Origin: an uncultured delta proteobacterium
Lineage (GTDB): Bacteria; Myxococcota_A; Polyangia; Polyangiales; Polyangiaceae
Assembly: GCA_963716725.1 (NCBI GenBank)
Contig: CAVQUB010000021.1
Location: 288,001 to 352,000, forward strand
Length of the DNA: 64,000 nt
Direction: 5' to 3'
Position numbers and translations under genes: made by a program. The notes beneath the pieces are model-generated. The model did no database searches, had not been told where the DNA came from, and was given only the letters and a program-made list of their open reading frames with translations. Of this stretch, positions 9,090 through 21,520 are shown piece after piece. Position 1 is the stretch's first letter; each line of letters opens with the position of its first letter.

Positions 9090-11996
9090 ATGGCGCCCAT
9101 GCGGATCTGGCGTGTCGCCGTGGCATTGGTCCCGCTGGCGCTTTCTTGCCGCGACTATCGACCGGACCCGAAACTCGCGCCACCGAGCAGCCCCGCCCCG
9201 ACGACGCCGGCCGCCGCCCGCGCCCCCGTGCCCGAATGGCTCCCCGTCGACTTTACCCGGGGCGGCGACTCCCTTGCGCCGTCCGCCGGCGATCCGGATG
9301 GCGGCGTCCTCGTGCAAGGGCAGCGCATCGCCAAGAGCGGGCCGTCCTCTCAGCTCGCGACGGCGCCGCTGCTCGGAGGAGCTCGAGTCCCGAAACACCT
9401 GGGCGGAGGTTTCCTGTTCTGGGGCACCACGGCGCTCTACTTCGCCAAGACCTTCCTCGCCGATCTCGAGCCCATCGTCGCTGTGGAGGCCGGCCCGGTT
9501 TCCGTGAGCTTCGGTCCTGGCTACACGATAGTGCACCAGAACAACGGCGGACGCTTGGCCCTGTCGTGGCCAGCCAAGCGCTCGACCGCGCTGCCGGTGG
9601 CGGCCCTGGTCGACGTCGGCACCTCGGCGGACGGGCGCAGCGCGCTCCTGATCGAACCCGATTTGGTTCTGACCCGAGGCGCCGGCCACGAGAGCTGGCG
9701 CGATATGACGGCGGAGGCTCGCATCGTCTCGAGGTTGTATCGCAGCGACTCCGAGCTCTGGCTCGAGCGCAAGGACGGTACGGCCGCTCGCGTTGAAGCG
9801 GATGGCTCGCTCTCGATGCACGGCCGCGTCCCAACGGAGATCAGTCGTCCGCGTGTGACGGTCGACGATCCTCGGTGGCCTCGATCCATCCAGGAGACGC
9901 CGCTGTCGCGCGCCGTGCGCCGCGGTGTTCCGCTCGATGATCACCGGGTGGTGGTTGAGGTCGCCGGCGCGTTCGCGACCGTCGACCTCGGCACCGGAGA
10001 GTTGACCCACGTCACGAGCGCTGTGCTCGCGAGCGCCCGAGAGTGCGAGCTCTTGCCCATGAGCTCGGACGTGCTGGCGCTGTGCCGACTGCAAGACGCC
10101 ACGCAGGTCGTGATCTCCGGAGCCGGGGGCTCCTCGCCGAAAATCGAGCACGCCTTCTCGGGTCCGGGCAGCTTCTTCGTCGGGAGCCCGGGCACGTTGC
10201 TGTTCGGCGGCGCCTGCGACGGGCGAGCGAACGATCACCCGCTCGTGTGCGTCCGCCAACGCGACGGTTCGTGGCGCGAGCTCGGGCCCCCGCCGGGCCC
10301 AAGGGCGGGGGACGCGGGACCGACGGCTCCTCCGACGGCAATCGCGCGCTGGGTCCCCACCGCCGACGGCCGTGCGCTCGGTCTCGTCGGCGGCCAAGCG
10401 GGCGGCGTCTACGACCCAGTCACCGGGGCGATCGCCCCGTTTTCGACGGACCCGCGCCCCCAGGAGCCCGCGCTGTTTTCGCCGCGGCGCCAGCTCGTCA
10501 CGGACGACGTCGCGTTGGCCCAGGACGGGCGCTTCGTGGGCTACGTCGGGACCTCCGCGATGACGCTGGGGAGGGACGGAAGCATCGAGCGCTCCCCGCA
10601 GCGCTTCGTTGCGCTCGTTTCTTCCGGCGCCCTCGCGTTGGCCCAAGACCCCGAACATCGGCTCTGGCAGTCCACCGACTTTGGTCGGCACTGGCTCGAA
10701 GTCGGGCGCCCCCCCGGATCAACGCCGGGGCAATCGTACCCGATCACACTGTGCTCGCGGGTCGGCTGCGAGCTGTCCGGATGGTTCCGCATCGGGTATC
10801 GCACTTCCCCAACCCGAACCGCTCCAGTGAGCGTCGCGCCCCACCCCGGGCTGGCGCCCGCGGCGCGTTTGCCGCAGTTGGTCTGCGACCGCACTTCTCC
10901 CCCGCGCACGCGTTGGACAACTCGCTCGCGCAACGCCGAGGGAGAAATGATCGAGGAGTTCGACTTCGGCGCGCGCAAGGTGCGGGCTCGCGACGGCTCA
11001 CTCGCCAGTATTCTTCTACGATTCGAGGCGGTCGCGGACGAACTGGCACTCGGCGCGACCTTCATCGAGTCCGACCTCGCTGACCCGACTTCGACGCTTT
11101 TCCGCGCGCTGGTGGGGCGACCTCGCACGCTGCGGTTCGTCGATCTGTTCGGCGATGCGAAGGTCGTCGAGAGCCGCTTCAGTTGGCAAGACGTACTCAC
11201 GCGCGCAGCTCGGGAGTCGGGCGGAGTGCTGGATGCACCAGACCGCGAGGAGCGCTACGTCGTCCCGGTGCTCGGCGAGAGGCCCTACGAGACCACAGGC
11301 CTGTCTCTGCGGGACTCCAGCGGCGCACTGCTCTGGCTGCGCGGGGGCCAGGCTGCATCCGTTCTGGGCTTAGGCCGTGAAAACGCCGGGTTCGAGCCGA
11401 TCAGCGCCATCGCCAAGGGAAAGAGCGAGCTGGTCGTGCTGTCCGAAGACGACTCGTGCAGCGCCCGCGTGCTCGCTCTGACGCCGGCCGGCGCGCGCAC
11501 CTTGCTCGAGCTACCGGCTCGCCCGACCCAGAAGTCGTGCCCGGCGAACCCCGACGCGCTGGCTCACTTCGACGATGGCAGCTTCGGCGTGCTGCGCATG
11601 CCGTCGACGGGGCCACCGACCAGCAGCGATCCGGCGTTGGCACTGAAGCCTCGGAGCAAGCCCGTGTCGCTCGCGCCCTGGTCCACGCTGACGGCGTGTG
11701 GCGCCGATGCCAAGGGCCTTCGGGCCACCATCACCATCCCGAGCCGCTGGGTCACGCTCGAAGCACCTGGGCTCGCAGATGCGACCGAAGCTTATACGCT
11801 GGCCATCGTGCGTTGGAGCGAGACGCGAGTGTGCGCAGAGTCATTGGCCATCGCGGCTCCCCCGGTCCAAATTGGCGACGAAGAGCTGGCGACGACCGTG
11901 GTGGCGCGCTTCGGCACCAGACCACGCGCCGATCGCCGCGGCTTCGCGTTGGGCGCGGAGCACACCGAAGACCTGACGTGCAAGCTCGCGCCGTGA
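9090..11996 (+). CDS. Large hypothetical lipoprotein, possible beta-propeller
   Basis: ALSC lipobox; Asp-box STDFGRHW; 968-aa ORF. Confidence 0.65.
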   Translation: MAPMRIWRVAVALVPLALSCRDYRPDPKLAPPSSPAPTTPAAARAPVPEWLPVDFTRGGDSLAPSAGDPDGGVLVQGQRIAKSGPSSQLATAPLLGGARVPKHLGGGFLFWGTTALYFAKTFLADLEPIVAVEAGPVSVSFGPGYTIVHQNNGGRLALSWPAKRSTALPVAALVDVGTSADGRSALLIEPDLVLTRGAGHESWRDMTAEARIVSRLYRSDSELWLERKDGTAARVEADGSLSMHGRVPTEISRPRVTVDDPRWPRSIQETPLSRAVRRGVPLDDHRVVVEVAGAFATVDLGTGELTHVTSAVLASARECELLPMSSDVLALCRLQDATQVVISGAGGSSPKIEHAFSGPGSFFVGSPGTLLFGGACDGRANDHPLVCVRQRDGSWRELGPPPGPRAGDAGPTAPPTAIARWVPTADGRALGLVGGQAGGVYDPVTGAIAPFSTDPRPQEPALFSPRRQLVTDDVALAQDGRFVGYVGTSAMTLGRDGSIERSPQRFVALVSSGALALAQDPEHRLWQSTDFGRHWLEVGRPPGSTPGQSYPITLCSRVGCELSGWFRIGYRTSPTRTAPVSVAPHPGLAPAARLPQLVCDRTSPPRTRWTTRSRNAEGEMIEEFDFGARKVRARDGSLASILLRFEAVADELALGATFIESDLADPTSTLFRALVGRPRTLRFVDLFGDAKVVESRFSWQDVLTRAARESGGVLDAPDREERYVVPVLGERPYETTGLSLRDSSGALLWLRGGQAASVLGLGRENAGFEPISAIAKGKSELVVLSEDDSCSARVLALTPAGARTLLELPARPTQKSCPANPDALAHFDDGSFGVLRMPSTGPPTSSDPALALKPRSKPVSLAPWSTLTACGADAKGLRATITIPSRWVTLEAPGLADATEAYTLAIVRWSETRVCAESLAIAAPPVQIGDEELATTVVARFGTRPRADRRGFALGAEHTEDLTCKLAP

Positions 11997-14354
11997 TCAG
12001 AACGGCGGCAGCTCGGGGCTCGGCCCCGCGTCACCCGTGACTTCGGCATCGGGGACCACGGCGGGCTCGGCCGCCGGCACACCGGCCTGCATCGCTTCGG
12101 GATCGACGGGCTGACCCGCGTCGATCTCGGGCGCCGCGTCCACCCCGCCATCGGCCACCTCGGTCGGGACCGTGCCCTCGAGAAACAACTCGTCTCTGCC
12201 ATCTTCTTGATCGGATCGCGCCAGGAGCCCCGATGCGGGATCGATACGCGCGCTGATCAGGGAGGGGGGACGCGGGAAGTCCGTCGCGGGTTTCTTGTCG
12301 TGCGCGTTCTTCATCAGCTCGATCCAACCCGGCAAAGCCGTGGTCGCACCGGACTCGCCCCAACCGAGCGGCAACGCGTCATCGAAGCCCACCCAGACCG
12401 CGCAGACGAGATCGGTCGAATAGCCGATGAACCACGCGTCTTTGGCTTCGTTCGTGGTTCCGGTCTTGCCGGCGAGCGGGCGCGCCAGCGACAGCGCGCG
12501 CGTGGCCGTGCCCTCCTTGACCACGCTGCTGAGCAGGCTCGTCAACAGATAGGCTTCGTCCTCGTTCATCACGCGTCGAGCTGGCGGAGGTGCCGGCAGC
12601 ACCAGCTCTTTGCCGTCGGGGCCCACCACCTTGGTCACGAGCACGGGCGCCGCGAATTGTCCCCCGTTGGCGAATGTGGCGTAAGAATTGGCGGCCTCGA
12701 GCGGCGTGACCTCGTAGGCTCCGAGCGCCAAGCTCGGTGTGGGCTCCAGGCGCGACTCGATACCCGAGGCATGAGCCCACCCGACGACACCGTCGGCGCC
12801 CACCTCGGATAGCAAGCGCTCGGCTGCGGCGTTGTCGCTGCGCGACAGAGCCAGGCGTAGGCTGATCCTTCTCGCTTCGAGCTTGCCGTCGCGCGAGGCC
12901 GGCAGCTCGAGCAGCGTCGCTGCAGTGAATCGCTTGGTGTGGAGTGCGTAGCCGTAGACGAAAGGTTTGAATGCGGAGCCAGGCTGCCGCCGGGCACGCG
13001 TTGCACGATCGAGCCCGCCCGCGATGGCTTCGTGGCTGCCAACCAGCGCGAGCACCTGCCGCGAGCGCGGGTCGATGGCCACCAGGGCGCTCTGGGGCCC
13101 GAGCTCGAGGCGTGCGGCCACCGCCTCGTCCCCTTCCGGGAGGGCCGAGATACTGGCCCGAACCAGCGCACCCTCCTTGGTGAACTCGCTGGGGGGCAGG
13201 CGCTTGGGATTGAACCGCTCCTCGTGGGCGAGCTGAATACGGCCAACCACGCTGCCAAGTTGGACGTCGACGGTTCCGAGCTTGTCGTCGACTCGAAGCA
13301 CTCTTCCGGTGTGAGCGTGATGCGGACGGGGCCTGCCCTCGAATGGCGCGCCGAACAAGCGTCGCTTCGTCGCAGTGTGCGGGGGCTCGAGCTTCTGGCG
13401 CTCAGCGTAGCGTTGCAGGTTATTGCGCACCGCCCCCCGGGCGGCAGCCTGCAGTGCGGGATCGATGGTGGTCGTCACCGTGAAACCCCCGCGACGAGCG
13501 CGATCACCGACCAGGCTCTCCAGCAACTTCGAGACGTGAGCGACGACCTCCGGTGCGAGTTCGGACTCGCCCTCCGACGCAGGCGCGAGCCTGACCGCCG
13601 AGGCGGAGGCCTCTTCGTGCAGCTGGGCGGTGACGAAGCCCTTGGCCGACATTTGGTCGAGAACGTAGCGCCGGCGCTCGGAAGCTCCGGTCGGGTTCTT
13701 GCGCGGCGAGAAGCGCTCCGGCGAGGCGACCAGCCCGGCCAGCAATGCCGCCTCGGGCAGGTTCAGCTCTTTGGCCTTCTTGCCGAAGTAGAAGCGGGCC
13801 GCCTCTTCGATGCCGTAGCGGCCGTGACCCAGATAGATGTGATTCAGGTAGAGCGAGAAGATCTCGTCCTTGCTGAGCTGCTGCTCGAGCCGCCTCGCCA
13901 AGATGGTCTCGCGCACCTTGCGCCGATAGGTACGTTCGGGGTCGAGCAGCAGGTTCTTCACGACCTGCTGCGTGATGGTGCTTCCGCCCTGTACCGTGCG
14001 CCCCGCACGCAAGTTCGCAGCCAACGCCCGGAGCATCCCGAAGTAGTCGAGGCCCTGGTGCTCGTAAAAGCTGGCGTCCTCCGCGGCCAAGAACGCCAGC
14101 TTCGCGACGTCGGACACCTCGCTGAGCGGTACGACCGTGCGCCGCTCGGTGAAGATACTGTCCAGAAGCGAGCCGTCCCGGGCGAGGACCCGAGTGACCT
14201 GAGGCGGGGCGTATCCGGCGCGGAGCTGCTCCACACTTGGGAGATCTGCCTCCTGGTGCCGGATCAACACGAAGACGGCGACCGCCCCCAGCGCGGCGAG
14301 CCCACCCGCGGTGAGCGCCAGCCGTCTAAGCCACTTCGTGATGCGCCGGAGCAT
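11997..14354 (-). CDS. Class A penicillin-binding protein (PBP1A family)
   Basis: EDASFYEHQG and GGSTITQQ (transglycosylase); SAFK, SDN, KTGT (transpeptidase). Confidence 0.92.
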   Translation of the reverse strand: MLRRITKWLRRLALTAGGLAALGAVAVFVLIRHQEADLPSVEQLRAGYAPPQVTRVLARDGSLLDSIFTERRTVVPLSEVSDVAKLAFLAAEDASFYEHQGLDYFGMLRALAANLRAGRTVQGGSTITQQVVKNLLLDPERTYRRKVRETILARRLEQQLSKDEIFSLYLNHIYLGHGRYGIEEAARFYFGKKAKELNLPEAALLAGLVASPERFSPRKNPTGASERRRYVLDQMSAKGFVTAQLHEEASASAVRLAPASEGESELAPEVVAHVSKLLESLVGDRARRGGFTVTTTIDPALQAAARGAVRNNLQRYAERQKLEPPHTATKRRLFGAPFEGRPRPHHAHTGRVLRVDDKLGTVDVQLGSVVGRIQLAHEERFNPKRLPPSEFTKEGALVRASISALPEGDEAVAARLELGPQSALVAIDPRSRQVLALVGSHEAIAGGLDRATRARRQPGSAFKPFVYGYALHTKRFTAATLLELPASRDGKLEARRISLRLALSRSDNAAAERLLSEVGADGVVGWAHASGIESRLEPTPSLALGAYEVTPLEAANSYATFANGGQFAAPVLVTKVVGPDGKELVLPAPPPARRVMNEDEAYLLTSLLSSVVKEGTATRALSLARPLAGKTGTTNEAKDAWFIGYSTDLVCAVWVGFDDALPLGWGESGATTALPGWIELMKNAHDKKPATDFPRPPSLISARIDPASGLLARSDQEDGRDELFLEGTVPTEVADGGVDAAPEIDAGQPVDPEAMQAGVPAAEPAVVPDAEVTGDAGPSPELPPF

Positions 14355-14431
14355 GCTCGCCGTCCTTCATGCCCAGGCGCGGCCCAGTTCGACAAGAAAA
14401 CGCCCTCGGAGCTGGGAAGCTTCCCCAGCGC

Positions 14432-15529
<1,098 letters not shown>

Positions 15530-15576
15530 ACCTCGGTGCCCGCTACGAGGTTTCCCCTACCCGATGGGCTCGAGCC

Positions 15577-16350
15577 ATGAATACCGCTGAATTCCTGACG
15601 AGTCCCCTGCTCAGCCGGAACGGGTTTCGTCACGCTTTCTTCACCCGGAACGGCGGCGTGTCGACAGGACCCTTCGATTCGCTCAGCTTTTCCGTGACGG
15701 TGGGCGACCACCCGGACAACGTTCGCGAGAACCTCGCTCGGGCCGCTCGCGCGCTCGACATCGACCCAGAGAAGCTCTTCTTTCTCTCTCAGGTCCACGG
15801 CCGTGAGTTTCATCGCGTCGACGTACACTCGCGCCGCGACGACCTGATTCGGACCGACGGCGACGCACTCGTCTCGGGCGACCCGGCGGTGGGCTGCGCG
15901 GTGCGGTCGGCGGACTGCGTTCCGGTCTTGATCGGCGATCGGCGAAGCGGTGGCGTCGCCGCGGTGCACGCCGGCTGGCGGGGCGTCGTCTCCGGCGCGG
16001 TCGCGAGCGCTGTCACAGGCCTGTCGGGGTCCCCGCCGGACTTGGTGGCCGCCATCGGCCCTCACATCTCTGCCGCGGCGTTCGAAGTCTCGGAAGACGT
16101 GGCTGCTCAGCTCTTGGCCTGCTCGCCGGATCCGACCGTCGCGGTGCGGGGATCCGGAGCCCGACCGCACATCGACCTGCGCCGCCTGGTTCGCGCCCAG
16201 CTCGTGGCCATGGGCCTGGGTGCCGACGGAATCGACGACGTCGGAGGGTGTACGGTGTTGGACCCCACCCGTTTCTTCTCATTCCGGCGCGACGGCGCCC
16301 GCAGTGGCAGGCACCTCTCGGCCATCGTCGCCCGATCTCTGCACGCCTGA
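15577..16350 (+). CDS. pgeF: Peptidoglycan editing factor PgeF/YfiH family
   Basis: FFTRNGGVS, QVHG, ADCVPV, HAGWRG, FFSFRRD. Confidence 0.88.
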   Translation: MNTAEFLTSPLLSRNGFRHAFFTRNGGVSTGPFDSLSFSVTVGDHPDNVRENLARAARALDIDPEKLFFLSQVHGREFHRVDVHSRRDDLIRTDGDALVSGDPAVGCAVRSADCVPVLIGDRRSGGVAAVHAGWRGVVSGAVASAVTGLSGSPPDLVAAIGPHISAAAFEVSEDVAAQLLACSPDPTVAVRGSGARPHIDLRRLVRAQLVAMGLGADGIDDVGGCTVLDPTRFFSFRRDGARSGRHLSAIVARSLHA

Positions 16351-16403
16351 GCAGTAACCGGCTACTTTTTCCTTCCGAGCGCCCGGGTATACGCTCCTCC
16401 TCT

Positions 16404-18146
16404 ATGTCCCTGGAAGTCCAGTGCGGGGGGTGCAGCGCGCGTTTCACGCTGCCCGACGATCTCTACGAGCGCAAAGTGCGAGGACGCATCGTCACCGTGC
16501 GCTGCAAGAAGTGCCGCGCGGACATTTCGGTGGACGGCACCGAGAACGGTGCGGTGATCGACGAGACACCCACCGAGCAGATGCCGATTTCTCTGCCGCC
16601 GGTGGCCGGCCTCTGGGTCGTTGGCTTCGGCGACGACGACGACCGCGAGCTCACCGTGGGACAGATCAAGAAGGCGCTCGACGCGGGCGAGATCACCCGC
16701 GAGACCTTGGTGTGGAACCCCAACCTCGACGAATGGCTGATGCTGGGCGAAGCGGCGGGACTGAAGGATCTCGTCACCGGGGACGATGTTGGCGGGTTCT
16801 TGGGCACTGGTGTCGACGTCAGCGCCAGCGTGGATCTGCAGGGCAGTGACGAGATCGGTCCCTTCAAGAGCGCGGGCGCGGGCACGATGAGTGACCGCCC
16901 CACCGATGGCGAGGAGCCGTCCGCGGACGAAGCGTCCTCCGAGACGGAGCCTGCGGCCCCGGAGCCAGTGGAGAAGCTCGAGTCGCCACCTGTCGATGGC
17001 ACGCCGACGCTACCGCTCGTGATGCCGTCCAAGGCGAGCACGGACGGCGGCGGCCCCCCACCGAAACCGCATCGACACCTGCCGGACGCGCCCGCCAAGC
17101 TCCGACCCGCGTGGTTGAGCGATGAGGAACCCAAGCGCTCTCCGCCCGCGACCGAAGATCCGGATCTGCCCGACGGCGAAGAAGAGTCGCCGTCGAGCGG
17201 CACCCCGGATCTGCGGACGCTGATGTCCGAGTCCATCGCTCCCCCCAAGCGCGAGAAGGCCGACAAGAACGAAACGGCGTCGGAGGAGATCTTCGCCATC
17301 GGCGGCGGCGGCATCGCAGCGGCGCTGCCCACCATCGACCTGGCCGCCATCAAGCCGGCGCCGCCATCCGATCCGGAAGCGTCGAAGCCCGACCAAAGCG
17401 GGGCCCCCGCCGGCAGCAAACGCTCGCCAAAACGTGAGCGTTCGGGGCCCAAGGGCCGAAAGCGCTCGCCTTCGAGCCTGCGCCCTGCGGCCGCCAGCGC
17501 CGCGCCGGTCGAAGCCAAGAGCGACTCGTCGATGATGTGGATCTTCGTCGCGGCCATCGGCGCGCTCGCGGCGTACTGGTTTCTGATCCGAAGCCCCGAC
17601 CCCTCGAGCTCGACTCAAACGCCCGCGCCCACGACCCCGGCGACGGTGGTCACACCGCCGCCTGAGCCGACGCAGCCCCTGGCGCTCGACGCGGCTCCCG
17701 CCCCGCAAGCGGACGCGGAGCCCACACGGACGGAGACGACGCCCACCGAGCCCAAGGAGACGACGCGCACCGAGCCGAAGGAGTCGACGCCCACCGAGCC
17801 GAAGGAGTCGACGCCCACCGAGCCGAAGGAATCGAAACCCTCGCCCTCGGCCAAAGGCCCCGACGTCGCGATGGCCGCACCCTTCGACGCCAATGCTGCT
17901 CGTGCGGCGCTGTCATCAGCGGCCGGAGCCGCGTCGAGCTGCCGAAAAGAGGGCGACCCTCCCGGGACCGCCACCGTGGTGGTCACCTTTGCTCCGTCGG
18001 GTCGAGTCACCAGCGCCAACATCAGCGGCCCGCCCTTCGCCGGGACGCAGACCGGGGGCTGCATCGCGTCTGCGATGCGCGGCGCGAAGATCCCCGCATT
18101 TTCCGGCGAGCACATGACGGTGAGCAAGACCGTCGTCATTCAATGA
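16404..18146 (+). CDS. Zinc-ribbon + GYF_2 + Pro-rich linker + TM + TonB-C-like protein (AgmX/GltJ-like architecture)
   Basis: CGGC...CKKC; LVWNPNLDEW; TM WIFVAAIGALAAYWFL; C-terminal VTFAPSGRV...GGCIA. Confidence 0.7.
   Translation: MSLEVQCGGCSARFTLPDDLYERKVRGRIVTVRCKKCRADISVDGTENGAVIDETPTEQMPISLPPVAGLWVVGFGDDDDRELTVGQIKKALDAGEITRETLVWNPNLDEWLMLGEAAGLKDLVTGDDVGGFLGTGVDVSASVDLQGSDEIGPFKSAGAGTMSDRPTDGEEPSADEASSETEPAAPEPVEKLESPPVDGTPTLPLVMPSKASTDGGGPPPKPHRHLPDAPAKLRPAWLSDEEPKRSPPATEDPDLPDGEEESPSSGTPDLRTLMSESIAPPKREKADKNETASEEIFAIGGGGIAAALPTIDLAAIKPAPPSDPEASKPDQSGAPAGSKRSPKRERSGPKGRKRSPSSLRPAAASAAPVEAKSDSSMMWIFVAAIGALAAYWFLIRSPDPSSSTQTPAPTTPATVVTPPPEPTQPLALDAAPAPQADAEPTRTETTPTEPKETTRTEPKESTPTEPKESTPTEPKESKPSPSAKGPDVAMAAPFDANAARAALSSAAGAASSCRKEGDPPGTATVVVTFAPSGRVTSANISGPPFAGTQTGGCIASAMRGAKIPAFSGEHMTVSKTVVIQ
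17733..17834 (+). repeat. 24-bp coding tandem repeat, about 4 copies (E[TS]T[PR]TEPK)
   Basis: gag(a/t)cgacgc(c/g)caccgagcc(c/g)aag repeated. Confidence 0.9.
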
Positions 18147-18252
18147 TCGCTGAATCGATCCGGATCCGCTCAGCAACCCCCGACGACGCTGAGCTGGTGC
18201 TCCACTTCATCCGGGAACTCGCCACGGGCGAGGCGCTCTCGACCCATGGCGC

Positions 18253-18945
18253 TCAGCGGCAGTCGGAAAATACGTCGCGGTAGAGCGCGTCGGCCACGAT
18301 CTGATGGCCCGCTTTGCCCCAGTGCACGTGATCGTTGGCAAAGCGTCGGTTCTTCGGGCAGAGCATCTGATCGTCCCCGCAGCTGAGGAGCCCGTGGATG
18401 TCCACGGCATGGTCCACGAGTCCGCTCTCGGCTTGCTGCCGGATCCACCCATTCAACGCGTCCGTGGCCTCGACACGCCTGTCCCGCACGCCTCGAAGCC
18501 TGCCCCAGGGCGGAAGCGTGAGCGCGATCACGGCGACACCCCGCGCTCGAGCAGTCCGATACATCTGCGCCAGGTTCTTCTTCATGCGCTCGATCCGGGC
18601 TTCGCGAGGCGACGCTGCGGCCAAGTCGTTCACTCCGCCCAAGATGATCACGTGTGTGTAGGCGGGGCGAGGGCGCCAGGGCGTGCCGGCTCCAAAGAGG
18701 TTGTCCGCTAGCCGCCAGCGCATGTGGTCCGTGCGCTGCCCGCCCACGCCGTACGCGTCGAAGCGACTCTCCGGGCAGCGTTCCGCCAGCGATTTTAGGT
18801 ACTTTCCACCGCCAGAGCGGGGGTCCGTCAGCGAGTCTCCGATGGCAGCCACCAGGTAGCGTTTGGTCGGTGGTGATTCGGCTCGCCCAGGTGCGCCAAA
18901 AGCCAGGAGCGCGAGGCCGAAGGTCAGAGCAAGCGTGATGCGCAC
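18253..18945 (-). CDS. SGNH/GDSL hydrolase, secreted
   Basis: IGDSLT, GVGG, GGVND, DHVH; signal peptide. Confidence 0.88.
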   Translation of the reverse strand: MRITLALTFGLALLAFGAPGRAESPPTKRYLVAAIGDSLTDPRSGGGKYLKSLAERCPESRFDAYGVGGQRTDHMRWRLADNLFGAGTPWRPRPAYTHVIILGGVNDLAAASPREARIERMKKNLAQMYRTARARGVAVIALTLPPWGRLRGVRDRRVEATDALNGWIRQQAESGLVDHAVDIHGLLSCGDDQMLCPKNRRFANDHVHWGKAGHQIVADALYRDVFSDCR

Positions 18946-19050
18946 TCGTCAAAGTGTAGCGCCGCGCAGGACGGACGCCCAATTCGCCGCGGTCCGGGCC
19001 GATCGCCGATCTCGTGTTAGGTTTTCGGCCTCTTCCGCCAGGAGAATGCG

Positions 19051-20283
<1,233 letters not shown>

Positions 20284-20570
20284 CGGGCGGGATTTGCCCT
20301 CGGTTGGGCGCCGGATCTCCCGAGCCGGCGCGGGGGCTGGCGCAACTGGAGGGCCGGCCTTAGGTTGCTCTCATCGGCGCCCGCTGGGGTCGCAGAGTAC
20401 CGCACCCATCCCCGCCCAACCCCGCTCGTCGGGCCGTCGAGCGCAGCGAGAGCCGCGTTTTCGCCCGACGCCTCCAGCGCGGCGCCGATATTTCTTCCGA
20501 GCCTCAGACGGTCAACGGCCCGACCTCGTCGCATCGACGGGGCCGGGCCGAGGGTTCGTGCCGCTGCTGA

Positions 20571-21497
20571 TCAGAGTCGGCGCAGCGCGATGGCAGCCGC
20601 GTCGCGGACGAACTGGTTGGGATCGCTCTCCGCAGCCTTGACCGCTTGCTTGGCCGCTGCGTCCGCGATCTTTCCGAGCGATGACACCGCAGCTGCTCGC
20701 ACATTCGCGTCGGATTCGGTGCTGGGCGACGTCAGCGCGATGAGCCCGACGACCGCGTCCTTGGTCCGCAGGGTGCCGAGGGCCTCGGCGGCCCGCTTGC
20801 GCACCAACGGCGACTGGTCGGAGATGCGCTTCACGACGGCGTCAGTGCCGGTGAAGACGTTCACGCGAGTGGCGGCGAAGAGCGCTTGCAGCCTCACGTT
20901 CTCGTCTTTGTCGCCGATGGCCGCGGCGAGCTCGCCGTTTGGTCCCTGACTATTGATGCGCCAGAGCGCATACGCCGCGGACTTGCGCACCTTGGCGGAG
21001 GGATCCGAGACCGCGGCCTGCGCGATCACGGGGATGCCCGGTGCCGCCAAGAACTCACCCAGCGCCTCGACCGCATAGGAGCGCTTGTTCTCGCTCGCGC
21101 TCTGGTCGGCGACGGTCTTCAGGGTCTGTTCGTAGACCTGACCGGGGCCGAACACCCCGAGGATGCGGCGGCGCAGCCACCACGCGCTGATCTCGCGGGT
21201 CCGGGCGTTGGAGTTGAAGATTAGCTTCGAGACGATCGGGATACAGTCGAGGCACTCGACCTTCTCCGCCTTCTCGAGCCGGGACCAGATCTCCGTCGGC
21301 GCGATGTTGGCGTTGCCGACTTCACGGATGGCCGCGGGTGAGGTCGGGTTCTCGAGCGAGAGCGGATCGAGGTTCTTGTACACCTGCGAGCGGCCGCCCA
21401 AGGTGTTGGTCGGTGCCGAGTCCGCGATGACGGCGCCGGACACGAGCAGCGTGGCTCCGGCGAGAAGTGCGCCCAGGGTGGTTCGAATGGTCTTCAT
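20571..21497 (-). CDS. Secreted HEAT-repeat protein
   Basis: Signal peptide; repeated D...VR..AA.ALG units; CLDC motif. Confidence 0.8.
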   Translation of the reverse strand: MKTIRTTLGALLAGATLLVSGAVIADSAPTNTLGGRSQVYKNLDPLSLENPTSPAAIREVGNANIAPTEIWSRLEKAEKVECLDCIPIVSKLIFNSNARTREISAWWLRRRILGVFGPGQVYEQTLKTVADQSASENKRSYAVEALGEFLAAPGIPVIAQAAVSDPSAKVRKSAAYALWRINSQGPNGELAAAIGDKDENVRLQALFAATRVNVFTGTDAVVKRISDQSPLVRKRAAEALGTLRTKDAVVGLIALTSPSTESDANVRAAAVSSLGKIADAAAKQAVKAAESDPNQFVRDAAAIALRRL

Positions 21498-21520
21498 GAC
21501 TTTCTCCGTTGCTCCTCAGC

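Noticed and set aside
17733..17834. Tandem repeats here, at 48008-48073 and the (TCG)n run near 63800 as possible CRISPR or VNTR elements
   Set aside because: No spacers, unit lengths are multiples of three inside coding linkers, and no cas genes are present.
20284..20570. ncRNA in the 287-bp gap between convergent genes
   Set aside because: No recognisable RNA family motif or convincing long hairpin by eye.
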